This document shows, one piece after another, positions 11,997 through 24,462 of a stretch of 64,000 bases of DNA (its first letter is position 1; every line of letters starts with the position of its first letter). The position numbers and the translations under genes were made by a program. A model generated the notes under the pieces. The model did no database searches and was not told the origin of the DNA. It worked only from the letters and a program-made list of their open reading frames with translations. The stretch is from Dimorphilus gyrociliatus (lineage: Eukaryota > Animalia > Annelida), in assembly GCA_904063045.1 (NCBI GenBank), contig CAJFCJ010000025.1:930001-994000 (forward strand). Direction: 5' to 3'.

Positions 11997-14900
11997 TTAC
12001 CTTTTCTTCTTATCCTTCTTAGAATTATCTTGGGGTAAAATATTGTCAAGGGCTCCTAATTCGCTTTGAGTGAAACATCTTTCCATTAACTTTCTTACAA
12101 CGCATATTAACAAAATCATCAGTGGGAAAGCGATTGAAGTTACTTTTATCGCTTTTACAACCCAAAGTAGACCGAGGCAAATACATTGAATCAGTGTAAA
12201 CAAATGCACTCTCCAAGTTTTCACTTTTTTAAGAAAATTATACTCTGGTTGATGTTTTTGGGGCATGAATAACAATAGTAGACGGTCCACCAACTGTAAT
12301 CCTCTCAAAGCTCCAACACCCATATACATAAACACCCCGTACAAAACTGGCATAGGAATCATTTTGAATACAGTTGTCAACTGAACGGATAAACCAATTA
12401 GAATCGAAACCAATAACATTGTGACTCTATTCTCTCTTATCCCATAAAATTCAGGCTTTTCTCCTGGTGCGGCTGCTTCCGATTCGACTCTTAACGAATT
12501 TACGTGAGTCATAGCTCTTACAGTGGCAGCTACAAACCAAGGTAGGCCCATAACAGAAGTCAATATTGTAATTATTGATAGAATGAAAATGTCCAAATGA
12601 TAACCACCGCCTTTTTTTAGTTTATTCTCCTTTCTGTTTACGATAACAGCCGTAATCTGCTGATCCAAAAATATAAGAATTGTACACAACAGTGCCGGAA
12701 CAATAGCTATTAGTATGGTATACCAAGGGTTTCCTCCAAGGGCTGGTACAATCCAACCCCTATCTTCCCATCTAGTTGGTTTGAATTGTTCCGGAACTTT
12801 AAGTTTTGGCGTGTCTAAACCAACTAGCCAATCTATTAGAACTGATATTATAACGCCGATAACAACGTTAAAATCGCTGACTATTTGCCGAACTTTTGAT
12901 GGAAAGAACGGGCTATTTCTAAACGATTTTAAAGTAATAGACACGGTAAACATGACAATGAACAATAAAACCGAAAAGAAGAAAACATTTGGAACATAAT
13001 TGCATCCATCTCCTACTGGATTACCCCCAATGTCTAGACACTTTTGTTTAGTTGCTAACAGTGTTGGAATAAGGGTAGGTCCCGTTGGCATAGTTGCATT
13101 TTCTAATGATGCTGTTGTGTAAGGCATAGAGGTGGTAGTAATGTTGAAATGACTGATCAGTGTGCTATTTGGTTTTGGGAAACAATAGCATTGACTCTTT
13201 TCTACATTGAAAGGATCGGTATTAACTCCATATTCTTTACGAATAGAAAGTAACTTCGAAATGGCTTGTTGAATGAAAATGATACAGATCAGGGTTGCGA
13301 ACGCTTCTTCAGTAAATCTTGTTATGTAAGTAACAAGCGCCGATAAATCAAGAGCGCAAATGATTATGATAAATAATCCTGACCACACTCCTACCCAGAG
13401 TCTCATTGATAAGAAATACCATCCGAACGTTTTACATAGACGAAAGAGAATTGTTTCGAAAACCAACATTGGACCAGTTGCACCCAAAACAGTCAAAGGT
13501 TGCCCACAAAATAGAACGTATATTACTCCGCAAATGGCACCTGATAGGATCCCTTCCATGGCAGCTAGGTAATTGTCTGTTGCGGCTCCTTGAAGACCTC
13601 CAAACGTGATAATTGGAGAAAGACAAGCTATGTAAATGAATATTACTGAAGCTAAACACTGGGGGTGGAGAGCATCTTTAAAATCTGATAAATAGTGGGG
13701 TGCTTTTCGTTTTATATCCTGCACAAGACCGCCAAATAATCTTCCCGAACGAACAAGTGTTGCATCGCCGTGTTCCTCCGCATGATCTTCAGTATCCTCG
13801 TATTGAATAGATTCTTTGTCTTTGGCAATTGAATTTTTTGATGGTCTTTTCTATAAAAGTAAAATAGTTGAAATTATTTTCAAATTGACAATAGAAGCTG
13901 TAGACTTGAACAAGTATTTCATTGTTCATTAATGAAATATTCAAATATTTTTTCCTTTCTTATGAAATTATAAAGAAATTGTATTTACTCTTATTGGATG
14001 GCTAGGCAAGTTCGAAGGCGGCTCTATTCTAAGGCTTCTATCCCATTGTCCTGGAGGTAAAGCTGTTCCAGCTTCAATGCTTTCTTGGAAACCCTCTAGT
14101 AGGTCATCTTTAGTTTGGGCCGAGAATGCGCACGGTCTAAAGTAAGAATCAGCCAACATGGTGGCCATGACCCTTCCGATTTCCTTATAATCGTACATCA
14201 ATTTCGGTCCAAGAAATAATATAAAAAATCTTGTAGGAACTAGTACTTCGGTTAAAGTTTCTTTAAGTATTTTTGGCTCTTTTAGCCTAATCCAAAGGCA
14301 AATTGGTTCATCAAGAAAATCAGCATGACCAACAAGAACGTCAGCAGCTTCGCAATTTTTAGGAAGATGTTTAGCAAACTTTTTGTTAGGCTGTAATAGA
14401 TAAAGAAACAAAAGATGTAAGGATGGATATTGAAAAACATATTTATAACAAGTGCAGAATTCCTCAAAAACATATTTATATATTTCACAATAACAAATTT
14501 CTATGTTGTTCAATAACAAAGACGTTTCTGCGGTTTAAAGAAAACCATATTATAAATAGATGAATATAGTTTATTATTCAAAATTTGAATAAATCAACCT
14601 AGGAGTTTCAGCTCTAGTTTAGGGTTTGGTAATAGGTCTTTTTTTCTTTTTTTTATCTATTTAAATATTTTCCTTTCTCTGTTGTGCTTAATAAGATCAA
14701 CGTTCGAGTTGTAATCGACTCTATTTCTCATATGTTTTTTATAAATACATGCTTTTTTTTCTTTTCTTACCGTAAATATTTCATCGTCTTTTCGACTGTC
14801 TAAATGCTCCAATAGGTCTGACATACTAGGTTTTTGGCTAATTCCTGTCACTCCTAGTTGGCTTGGTTTTAAAACGGGATCAGTACGCGAAGATCTTATT

Positions 14901-15610
14901 GGTGCTGGTGATCTATTATCGCTTGGAGTATTGGTACCACTTCCTCCTATTTAATATAGAAAGTTGATTTCTGTATTTATTATTATAATAGTAATAGTTG
15001 AATATACCGTCGCCCAATTTTTTGTATCTTCCCTTCAAATGTCGGTGCTTTTTGTAAAGCAATTTGCCAAGCTCTTCTAATTGCTCCTCCTTAAGATCGG
15101 TATCGCTTTCTAGCTTGGCGAATAACTTCTCAGTAAAATCCCTTTGATGTGCGACAGAGAGAAGAAAGAAAAGATAACATATTAATAGAATATATCTAAT
15201 GTATATATATATATATATTAGTATATATATATAAAGATAAGTAGTTACTTGTAATTTTCGGCTTGAATGTCTTGAAGTAGTATTGCATTTTCTAGTACTT
15301 CTTTTGATTGATGTACAGCTTCGAGTGAAAGAGCAGCAACGTGAGGTTTCGACCATCTTTCTCCACCTTTTGTTTTTATTATTATTATTATTTTTAATAA
15401 AATAAGTTAATGAATAAATATCGTTTTCATACCTTCTTCTACGGTTTCTTCAAATTTGATTAAACGGCTCTTTTCTTTCCAAACATCTTTCTCATAGTCA
15501 AACTCCAAAAGTTCGCAAAGGAGACGTGGGTATTCTCCGATACAGTTTTCATTAGCATCTTCAATGAAGAAAGTTGGCGCGTCACCTTTGACGTCTAAAG
15601 ACATTACCAT
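11997..15610 (-). CDS. SLC4: SLC4-family bicarbonate transporter, ~953 aa, 6 exons
   Basis: Exons 15610-15433, 15366-15249, 15141-15008, 14946-14771, 14390-13989, 13850-11997; all GT-AG, phases consistent (2862 nt). Motifs [92 protein letters not shown]. A donor-like AAAG|gtaaaa overlaps the stop, so another terminal exon is possible. Confidence 0.95.
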
Positions 15611-15659
15611 ATTAAAAAGGCGAATGAAACTCTTGTAAAAATAATCCGATTATATATGT

Positions 15660-15784
15660 TGTCAGTTTGACTGACAAACGTTTTATAACACAACGAAGAC
15701 TGTCAATTTGTTTTAAAACAATCGCAGTATGTTTTCCACCAGAACTCGAGTGTCAAAAGTAAATTTTTCCATAAAAAAGTGTCA
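15660..15784. promoter_or_regulatory. Cluster of five TGACA (TALE/Meis-type) sites upstream of the SLC4 start
   Basis: TGTCA/TGACA at 15660, 15672, 15701, 15751 and 15780, within 125 bp and 50-175 nt upstream of the ATG. Confidence 0.35.
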
Positions 15785-18700
15785 AATTAGTGAAATTAAA
15801 GACATAATTTTCGAGTTTTTTGTACAAAGCACAAGAATATATACATAAAGAGGAAGAGAGAGAGAGAGAGGAGATATAACAGCAAACTTTCTTTCATAAA
15901 TATCTTCAATATTGTTTTTAAAAAAATTATTAAATATCATTGACCTTCTTTTTTATGATATTCTGTAGTTATAGTGCAGGGAAAAAACAAAAAATTTAAG
16001 GGCAACTATTAAGAAAGAGCAAGGTTACAGTGTTAGAGTTTGCTTAGTGTCCTTTATACATACATACAATATATACTAATATATATAGATATATTAGAAG
16101 AAAAGTTTTCTAATATATCCTCCTCGTCACGCTGGGAAAGTCTTAGGATTTAACAGTAATATATAATGATATTAATATAAAATAGAAGATTAAACTAATC
16201 TATATTTTCTTTCTAACGAGAGAATATTGAATTTATTGTTGAATATATATTTTATAGCAAAAATGGGTTAAGAATAAGAATTGAAGAAATGCAAGACAAA
16301 AGAAGGAAATAGTGGTAAATCAACCAATCATTCATAAATGTATTTGTATATATTATAGTCATTGTTAAAGTTTATTGACTCCAATAAGGTTTTAAGCGGA
16401 ATTATTTTCATATGTTTTCTTTTATCATATTATTTATAGAATCGATTAAGCTAAGTAGGAAAACTGTAGGATTTAGGCTCAATTTTATACCTCTCACCTC
16501 TTAATTTAAATTTAATAGGCATTTGATTGTCTTTTTAAATAGGAAAATTTTCCGTCAAGATGTTTCTTAAACGGTTCATATTATTCAATTGGACTTGTCG
16601 CGCTATTTATAAACGACCGAAAACGAAATTTTTCAATTCATCAATCAAAAAATATCTACCCTCTTCACAAAATTTTGGCCTCTATTGATCTGCGAATTTT
16701 TGTATGGCCTTTTTTCCTTTCTTTATCTTTCTCTTTCAATCTTTTTCTCTACTTTTCGCTCTTTCTCTCCCTCTCCCTGACATGTTCTTTTTTAGAATTT
16801 CGTAAGTTTTAACCAATTTTTGATTAATCACGTCTTTGTAACATTACGTGAGCGAAAAGTCTCTCTAGCAAGGTGTAATTTAATAGGTAGAATAACTTAT
16901 TGTGTCAAATTGTTAAAAAGCATAAAAAGGAAGACGAAAACTTTATGGTAAAAACTATTTTATGTAGTTTTGCGTCTAGATGGCGTTGTGAAAGGGTATT
17001 AAACTTTCAAAGTGGAGGAAACACACCAAAATAGGTAATGCGTATGTGGAAGAGAAATGTAAGGAATTTCTTTTTTATATAAGACGCATAATAATAATAA
17101 CAAAATTTTTAATATATAAGCTCATTTCTAATACTTATTTCTCGCCCCCTTCCTCCTCTTTCTCCTCTTTCTCCTCTCAAATCAATAGCTAGCTTTCCAA
17201 ATTCAATTGAACGCGGAGAATTTACTTTAGACAAAAATTATGTAACGAAATATTTTTACACTCGATAATTGATAGAAAACAGATTAAATAATCAACAATT
17301 ACTGAATGAACTGTAGACATCTGCTTACATCTATATTTTAACTGTATACAATGTACGCATTAGTAGTTAAATAATGCTCTTATTACTTAAACTCCTTAAT
17401 AGAAGATAGGGAAAAGAAGAGAAAACAAAGGGGAATACTAATTAAAATTAAAAATATTGTTATTGTGAAATTCCCCAGCAAAACCTAAGAGATAGAAATA
17501 GAAGAACAAATGTAATGTTGTATAGTTCAAGAAACTTGTCTCTACTTTCGGCCGATAGCTATATACTATATATATGCTGTATAGTAAAAGCCTTGGCTTA
17601 GAACTTGTAAAAAAAAGCGATTTAAATGGAACAAAACTGTATAAAAATAGGGAATACAATATGTTTATATAATATATAAATATGTCTATTTAGAAACAAA
17701 TTTATAATGAATAATTCCAGAAAAGGGATAAATAATCAATTTTTTCCCCCCGCAATCAAAATTTCCCCTTTCCTCTCTTTCTCCTTATTTTTCCCCTTTC
17801 TGTCAAACTATTTTATATTCTTATCTCCCCAGCAGCTTTTATCAAAACATAATAGCATTTTTCTCTTATCATAGAATATTGACACCAATACATTTATTTT
17901 TAGTAAAGTATTTTTCGATCACTCTGACGTCCAGTTAAAGAAAAACTTTGTACAAAGTTTCATCCTAAAATGACTAAGGATTTTATACTGGGTTCAAATG
18001 AATAAATACTGATTATGTACTGTAAATCAATAGATTTAATACAAGTGTTATATATTAGAATATAAACTATATACTTTTTACTGAGAAAGAATAACAAAAA
18101 TAAACAAACAAGCAAAACAGTTACATGCCTTTTTTCTATAATTTCTCATCCTTTTTTCATGATTTTTTTAATACAGTTTGTTGTTTTTGTTTTCTTAGAG
18201 AAAACAGAAAAATAAAAACAGTCAGATCAATTTTAATAGCCTTTAAACAATTATTATAAAACAAAATACAAAGAGTTTTATTATTATTTTTGACTCTCTA
18301 TCTTTCAACATTTTCTTTTAACTATATATTGTTTATATATATATATATATATATATATACTGTATTGATATATATAGCTTTAGTATTATCTTTATAGCGA
18401 ATTTTATTAAATTGTACATAATATTTTCGGCTCTTGTCCTTAAGATAATTAAGACAATATATACAATTTCTCTCTCTTTCTACTCTAGTTATATATGTAA
18501 TAGATTGGATTTAGGGAAAAACTTTATCTTCCACTCTTCCCTGTATAACAAATATACTACGCCTATAATCGATACAATACAACTAATTAATCCCAATGAT
18601 TATCTATTTAATGCTTTGTTTTAATTTATTTATACTTTTTTCTGGTCATTTTGAAAAGAATCAAAATCGATTATTACAACAAATGGAAATGTGTTAATGT

Positions 18701-20137
18701 TTGAACGAGGGAAAAATACAGTTAAAGAGATACCTCGTGTAAATAATACGTTAACTAAAGCTGAAAAAATTGAATATACCTAATCGACTTACTGTTTGTC
18801 GGTCTCAAACTACTGACATCTATTGGTTTGAATAATCCTAATTAAAACATTTATCCGTCTAGGAAAACTCTGAGAAAATAGCAATAATCAATCGAATAAT
18901 TCGTTATTTCAGTCTATCAAAATTATAAATTTTAACTAGCCTATTTGTTTTTTTTTTATATAAGTTCTGTAACAATATAACTGTTCTTTTATCAATCAAT
19001 CTGTCTATTTATCCCCCGCTCACTCACTCGCGGACACAGATATACACTCTCTCAATCTCTCTCACTCTCTCTCTCTCTCTCTCTCTCTCGCACTCTCCAA
19101 TAAATCAAAGTGTGTAAAGAAAACATTAATACTACTAATAATAATAAAAAGATAATTGTCACTTATAACATTTATAAAAAAATCTTTTATATCAATAAAA
19201 AAAAATTATTTGTTCAACAAATTTTTTTATGGATTAAGTTTCAAAGAGAGGAAGAGAAAGAGCAAGAGAGAGAGAGAGACTGACTGAGAGACAGAGAAAC
19301 GGAGAGACGATTTAGGAAAATAAACGAAAGCACCGCTAAAAATAAACACCAGATGCTTAAGATGAGAATATTGAAACTCAATTTAAAGCGTTTGTTAATT
19401 ACATAGGAATGATAAAGTAGGTAAACGATTGAACACGTAATTGCCCTCCATTGAAAAGTCGAGTTTAAAAAGGGTCGTTAATTAATAACTAGGCAAGGAA
19501 AAATTAAAAACTGTTAAAATGTTAAAAAGGTTACCAACCTTGTGCCGTATCCTCCGACATGCTTATCAGACAGGACAATTGTAAAAAATCTTGAGCTTTT
19601 AAGGTAAATGCGTTAGGAAAACGCCTCCTTCTCAAACTGTTATCGAGCTACAGATAGAAAGTGCTTAGATAAAAAAAATCATATCTGTAATATGAACGTC
19701 ATAATCGATTAAAAAAACTATACAATTTACCCTATCTCCTTATCTAAGAATAATAGAGAAAAATTGAATTTACTTTTAAAGAAGATTATTAGCTGGAACT
19801 ATTCAGCTTGAATGTCGTATTGAATCTGACGATGTCTGATTTAAAATATTTCATTAAGTTCAAGCGTTCCACTTGAAAATCGCAAATTTTCAAACAAAAT
19901 TTACAATACTTATAAAAGTATCTGAATTATGCACTATTATCTTATCAACAGTGTACACGTTTCAGTTCGATAAACTTACTATACTGTAGGTTAGCGTATA
20001 CTTATACGCAACCTAATCATACAACAATAACAAAAACTATAGTAAGTTTTGTCTGACTTGGCCATTCTTTGAATTTATATTTAGTGTGTATATTAGCAGA
20101 TATCTTTTCATAAAATATTCACTTGTTCAATAATTCT

Positions 20138-20173
<36 letters not shown>

Positions 20174-22909
20174 TATCTCTGTCTCTATCTATCTCTGTAT
20201 CCGGCTCTTCCTCCCCCTCTTCTTCTGCTCTTTAGTATGTTTTCTATTGTTTTTGTTTTTGTTTTACTCTATATATATATATATGCGTATTTTCATCTAT
20301 GTGCGTAGATTTTATATCATTATTTCATAGTAGGATTAACCTAATTCTTATGAAACCCTTCCTCTCTTTTCCACCCTTTGCGATTTTCTACACTTTTGGC
20401 TATTTCACTCTCTTAATTTTTCTCTCTTAATATCTCTCTATCTATCTATCACTTGCCTACTCTTCTCCGCCCACTCCCACCCTCCTGCTCTCTTTGGCGA
20501 GACATCTCCCTAAAGTACTTATTCATTCTCACGTTTTCAATTTATTAAGAGAAATAGAAGGCACTTAACATATTTAATGTTTTAGTATCGTCGTCGGTGT
20601 GGACTCTTTAGAGGTAACACCTGTTTCTTTATCAGATTAAACGACTCGATGGCAGGTTGATTCGGTACAATTAGCTAATTGATAACTCTTTATACCTTAA
20701 TCTATTAACTACCCTTTTGTTATGGCATTTTTGTCTTTTTAAGGAGGTATAAATGAACAAATTATCTAACGGTACTCTGTGTTATCGTTGCTCTAGAATA
20801 TTACAGCCACTCTTATCATCTCGGCGACCTTAAAAAAGACCCAAGCGTTATTTTTTTACACCTAGTGACGTCAAACAAATTCCACTTATATCAATTAGAC
20901 ACAATATGAATCTACTGATTAGTTTTGATTGTTACAGAGTGATTTAAAGAAGGTAATAAAACCTAAACAATTGATCAATTGTTATACTGTAAATGCTGTT
21001 TAAATGATTTTAAATTCCAGTTTTTATTATCAATTGTACATTAAATGTATTTAATATACAGTATACTGTATGTGTATTGAATAAAAGACTTTTTGAACGC
21101 TTAAAAGGAGGTTAGATAAGATTTATTTCTATTGTAATGTGCTATAAAATACGATTACAGAAGGTCGATTGGCGAATGGAGAATTACAATTATTCAGCCA
21201 TTTTTATGCAAATTAATAATTGTCTTTTAGGCACGACGTACTCATCTACCAACAATAGTTCAAGGTACTCCAACGTACTTGAGAGTAAAATAAAACAAAG
21301 CCTAAAAGACAGAGGCAATAGCATGTTGAAATGAGATAAAGAAAGAGGCAGAGACTGCAACAAGAATCAGAAAGATGAAATCGAGAGAAAGAAAGAAAAG
21401 TTCTAAACAATATTGAAATAAAACAAATTGAATAATAAATAGTATCCAAGCTAATATAAGCATTTAGCCTTAAAATAGAGAGAATTTTTTTTATATATTA
21501 AAATAATAGATTTTTTATCGGTCGGCGGGAAATTTACAGAAGGTTCCTTGAATAACGAAAGGTTGAATTTGAGGTTATAAACGTGATAACTTGACTAGTT
21601 CGATATCGTTCCAAAGTATAAGCGACAATATCTGGTGTGACTCTTTGGTATTTTTTGATAATTACTTATCTTTTCACCTATTTCGTAAAATGTATTAATT
21701 AATATGAGCCTAATATATCGTTCTTCGGGGATAAATCGTTTAGGGAAGAGGAACTAAATATAGAATAAGATAAAGATGTGTCTGTGCATAAATATAGTTT
21801 AAATTGTGTCCTGCAGACGGAAATGATTTAACTAAAGGCAGCAATTTTGTCGCAAAGGTATTCTTAACATAGCGTGCTTACAGAGAATAATTTACCCTTA
21901 TGCGGAACATTGATCTTCTAATTGATGAGCATTAGAGCTTTCCTATGCTTTGTAGGAAAAGAAAAGGAAAGACAAAGGAACATCGTGGTATATTTTTATT
22001 CAGAGTCCAAAAGACAATCTAGCTCTCTCTCTCTTTCTTTCCAATTCTATACAGCATATATCAAAGTATACGACACTCCATCCATCTCTCTTTCTTTAAT
22101 TCTTAGTATTTTAACTGTAAAGCATTTAGTTACGTTTAATGTTCTTGTTGAATGTTTTAGATATCTTATTGCGCAATTATTAAAAGCATAGTCAGATAGC
22201 GAAAGATAGTTTTTCGCTATTAATTCCCCAACAGAGAGATACTGAGGAAAGAGGAACAGGGTGAAAAGAATGGAGACGTCAGCAATCAGTTCAAAAACTT
22301 TTGCATTGGAGTTCGGTGACTTTATCAAATATTTTTGTCTGCCATCTTAAAATAATCAATTATAATCCAAAAGTATGATTAGATTTCTTATTCGACTAAA
22401 GGAGTACAATAGACTATAACAGACTGTGATATGAATGAATATAGTGCCTGCATGTTTATATATGCGGTATATATGTATATTTATATATTTACAAACATAT
22501 TAACTGTATATGAATTGTCAGGACAAGTTGTATAGTATCTGGAAATTGTATACTGTAATAACAATAGCATATACAGCATTGTATATGAATACTATATATC
22601 TCTTTTGATATCCAAGTTATATACAATCATATGTAAAAATATATATATATATAGATATATGCAGTATACAGTATGTATTTAAATGATCAGCCATATCTGC
22701 AATATCATAGTCTGCTGTTTTTTTTATATAGATATTTTTGGTATCTTAATAAGCGAAAGAGAACTTTGCTATCATAATTTTTCAACAATAAATCACTTTA
22801 CTAAATGACTTTGCACTGTCAAATTTTTATTTCACACCAAATTATGAATAATCTTATGTAATTTAGGTAATTTTTCGTTTTTAAGGTAAAGAGAGAATTG
22901 AATAATTGT

Positions 22910-23942
22910 TCATCCCATTCTTAACATTTGTCTTTTTCCCAATTGTAACATTCCATGGTCCTTTTTACCCAACTGCAGCATTTTGGATCCTCTTTTACCC
23001 ATACGCAATAATTTCACATCTCTCTTCTCTTTACCTAGTCTAGGGAGAGGGGCAGCTCTATAACCCAATCGCGGAAGAGCTGCTCTAGAGTCCTCTTGAA
23101 ACTCATTCCAATCGAGTTCACTAACTCGTTTATCCTCCAATCCTAATCTAGGTAAGGGTGCCGCTCTCAGTAACCCTAATCGAGGAAGCGGAGCCCTTTC
23201 ACCAAGCCTTGGCAAGGGAGCTCGTTCTCCCAACCTGGGTAAAGGTGATCTCTGTCTCAGAATATGTAGGGTTCTCTATATTCCAATTTATAGAAAAACA
23301 ACATAAAACGTTCAAGAGAATTGAAAAGCATTAAAACATTTTTTGATATAACCTTTTGTTCATCGTTCAAGTCTCCGATGTATCTTTTACCCATTCTTAG
23401 CATTTGTAAATCCCTTTTCTCCGCCATCAAATTCTCTCCGTCATCTATAATAAAACAAAAATTAATTGAGCAGCACCAGAAGACCTTAATACCTCTCCCA
23501 TGGTGCTTTAAGACTACCGTATACTAATATCCGCCTTTTTTGAATTAGTTCAGGTGATATTTATTGCCTTGTCAATCAAATATAATGCTTAATTGCCTAG
23601 TTTCTTTGAAATTGAATTTTTCAATATATAGAATTCCCTCAAATCAGTTGAGACAGCAAAAAGAAAAATCAAGAAATAAACAAACAAACAAACAAACAAA
23701 CAAACAAAGGGAAAGATGATTGTTAAAATATTCATTTATGTCAATTTCTTTCACTTGACCAGTTCTAAATTCTGTTCTTTCTATTCTTAAAATAAACAAA
23801 TTTAGCGTTTTCACTTTTAGTCTTTTTTCAATTAAAGAAATCAAGAGAAACGTTTATATATCTTTTCAATGTAAAACTTACCGCTTCTAATAGAGTTGAT
23901 AGCGACTAGAAGAAGAAAAAACTTGATGAAAGCAAAAATCAT
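22910..23942 (-). CDS. myomodulin: Myomodulin-type neuropeptide precursor with PLPRLG repeats, 172 aa, 3 exons
   Basis: Exons 23942-23882 (signal peptide MIFAFIKFFLLLVAINSIRS, donor G|gtaagt), 23444-23353 and 23275-22910; 519 nt in frame. Encodes DLQMLRMa, DVKLLRMa, GSKMLQLa, DHGMLQLa, QMLRMa and six (P/A)LPRLG repeats. Confidence 0.9.
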
Positions 23943-23973
23943 TCTGCTAACTTTGCTGGAGAACTTTTGCTAA

Positions 23974-24004
23974 AACTGCAAATCTTACCCCAACCACTTT
24001 TATA
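23974..24004 (-). promoter_or_regulatory. TATA plus initiator of the myomodulin gene
   Basis: TATAAAA at 24004-23998 and gCAGTT (A at 23977, 27 nt downstream), 35 nt before the ATG. Confidence 0.6.
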
Positions 24005-24412
24005 AAGAAAACTTTCTCATGAATATTAAGTTCCTTGTCAACGAATGAATAAACATTACGTATATTTTATCTTCATCAAGGAATGGTAGGAGAAAAAAGG
24101 GTTTTAACCATATTTTAGGGGGATAAATGATGAATTAATCAATCTGAAGGATACAAAATGAAGAGAGGTATTTAAGGATGACAAACTTAACAAATATATA
24201 CAATCTCAGTAGTGAATATATTAGATGTATAATATATATATATAGTATATAGATATCTATCATTTTAATATACCACAGAGACTGTTTATAATATCTAGAT
24301 TGGGTGATTTAATAGAAATCGAAGTGTTTTCGTAGTTTTTCCAACAATTAAAAACCGATGAACAATTCATGTTTGCAGTTCAGTGTTTAAATATACAAAT
24401 ACTGTATATTAG

Positions 24413-24416
<4 letters not shown>

Positions 24417-24460
<44 letters not shown>
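24417..24460. repeat. (TA)n microsatellite ending in a TACTGTA motif
   Basis: About 22 TA units directly visible. Confidence 0.95.

Positions 24461-24462
<2 letters not shown>

Noticed and set aside
12715-13659. ORFs overlapping the SLC4 membrane-domain exon
   Set aside because: Antisense or alternate-frame shadows of a conserved coding exon.
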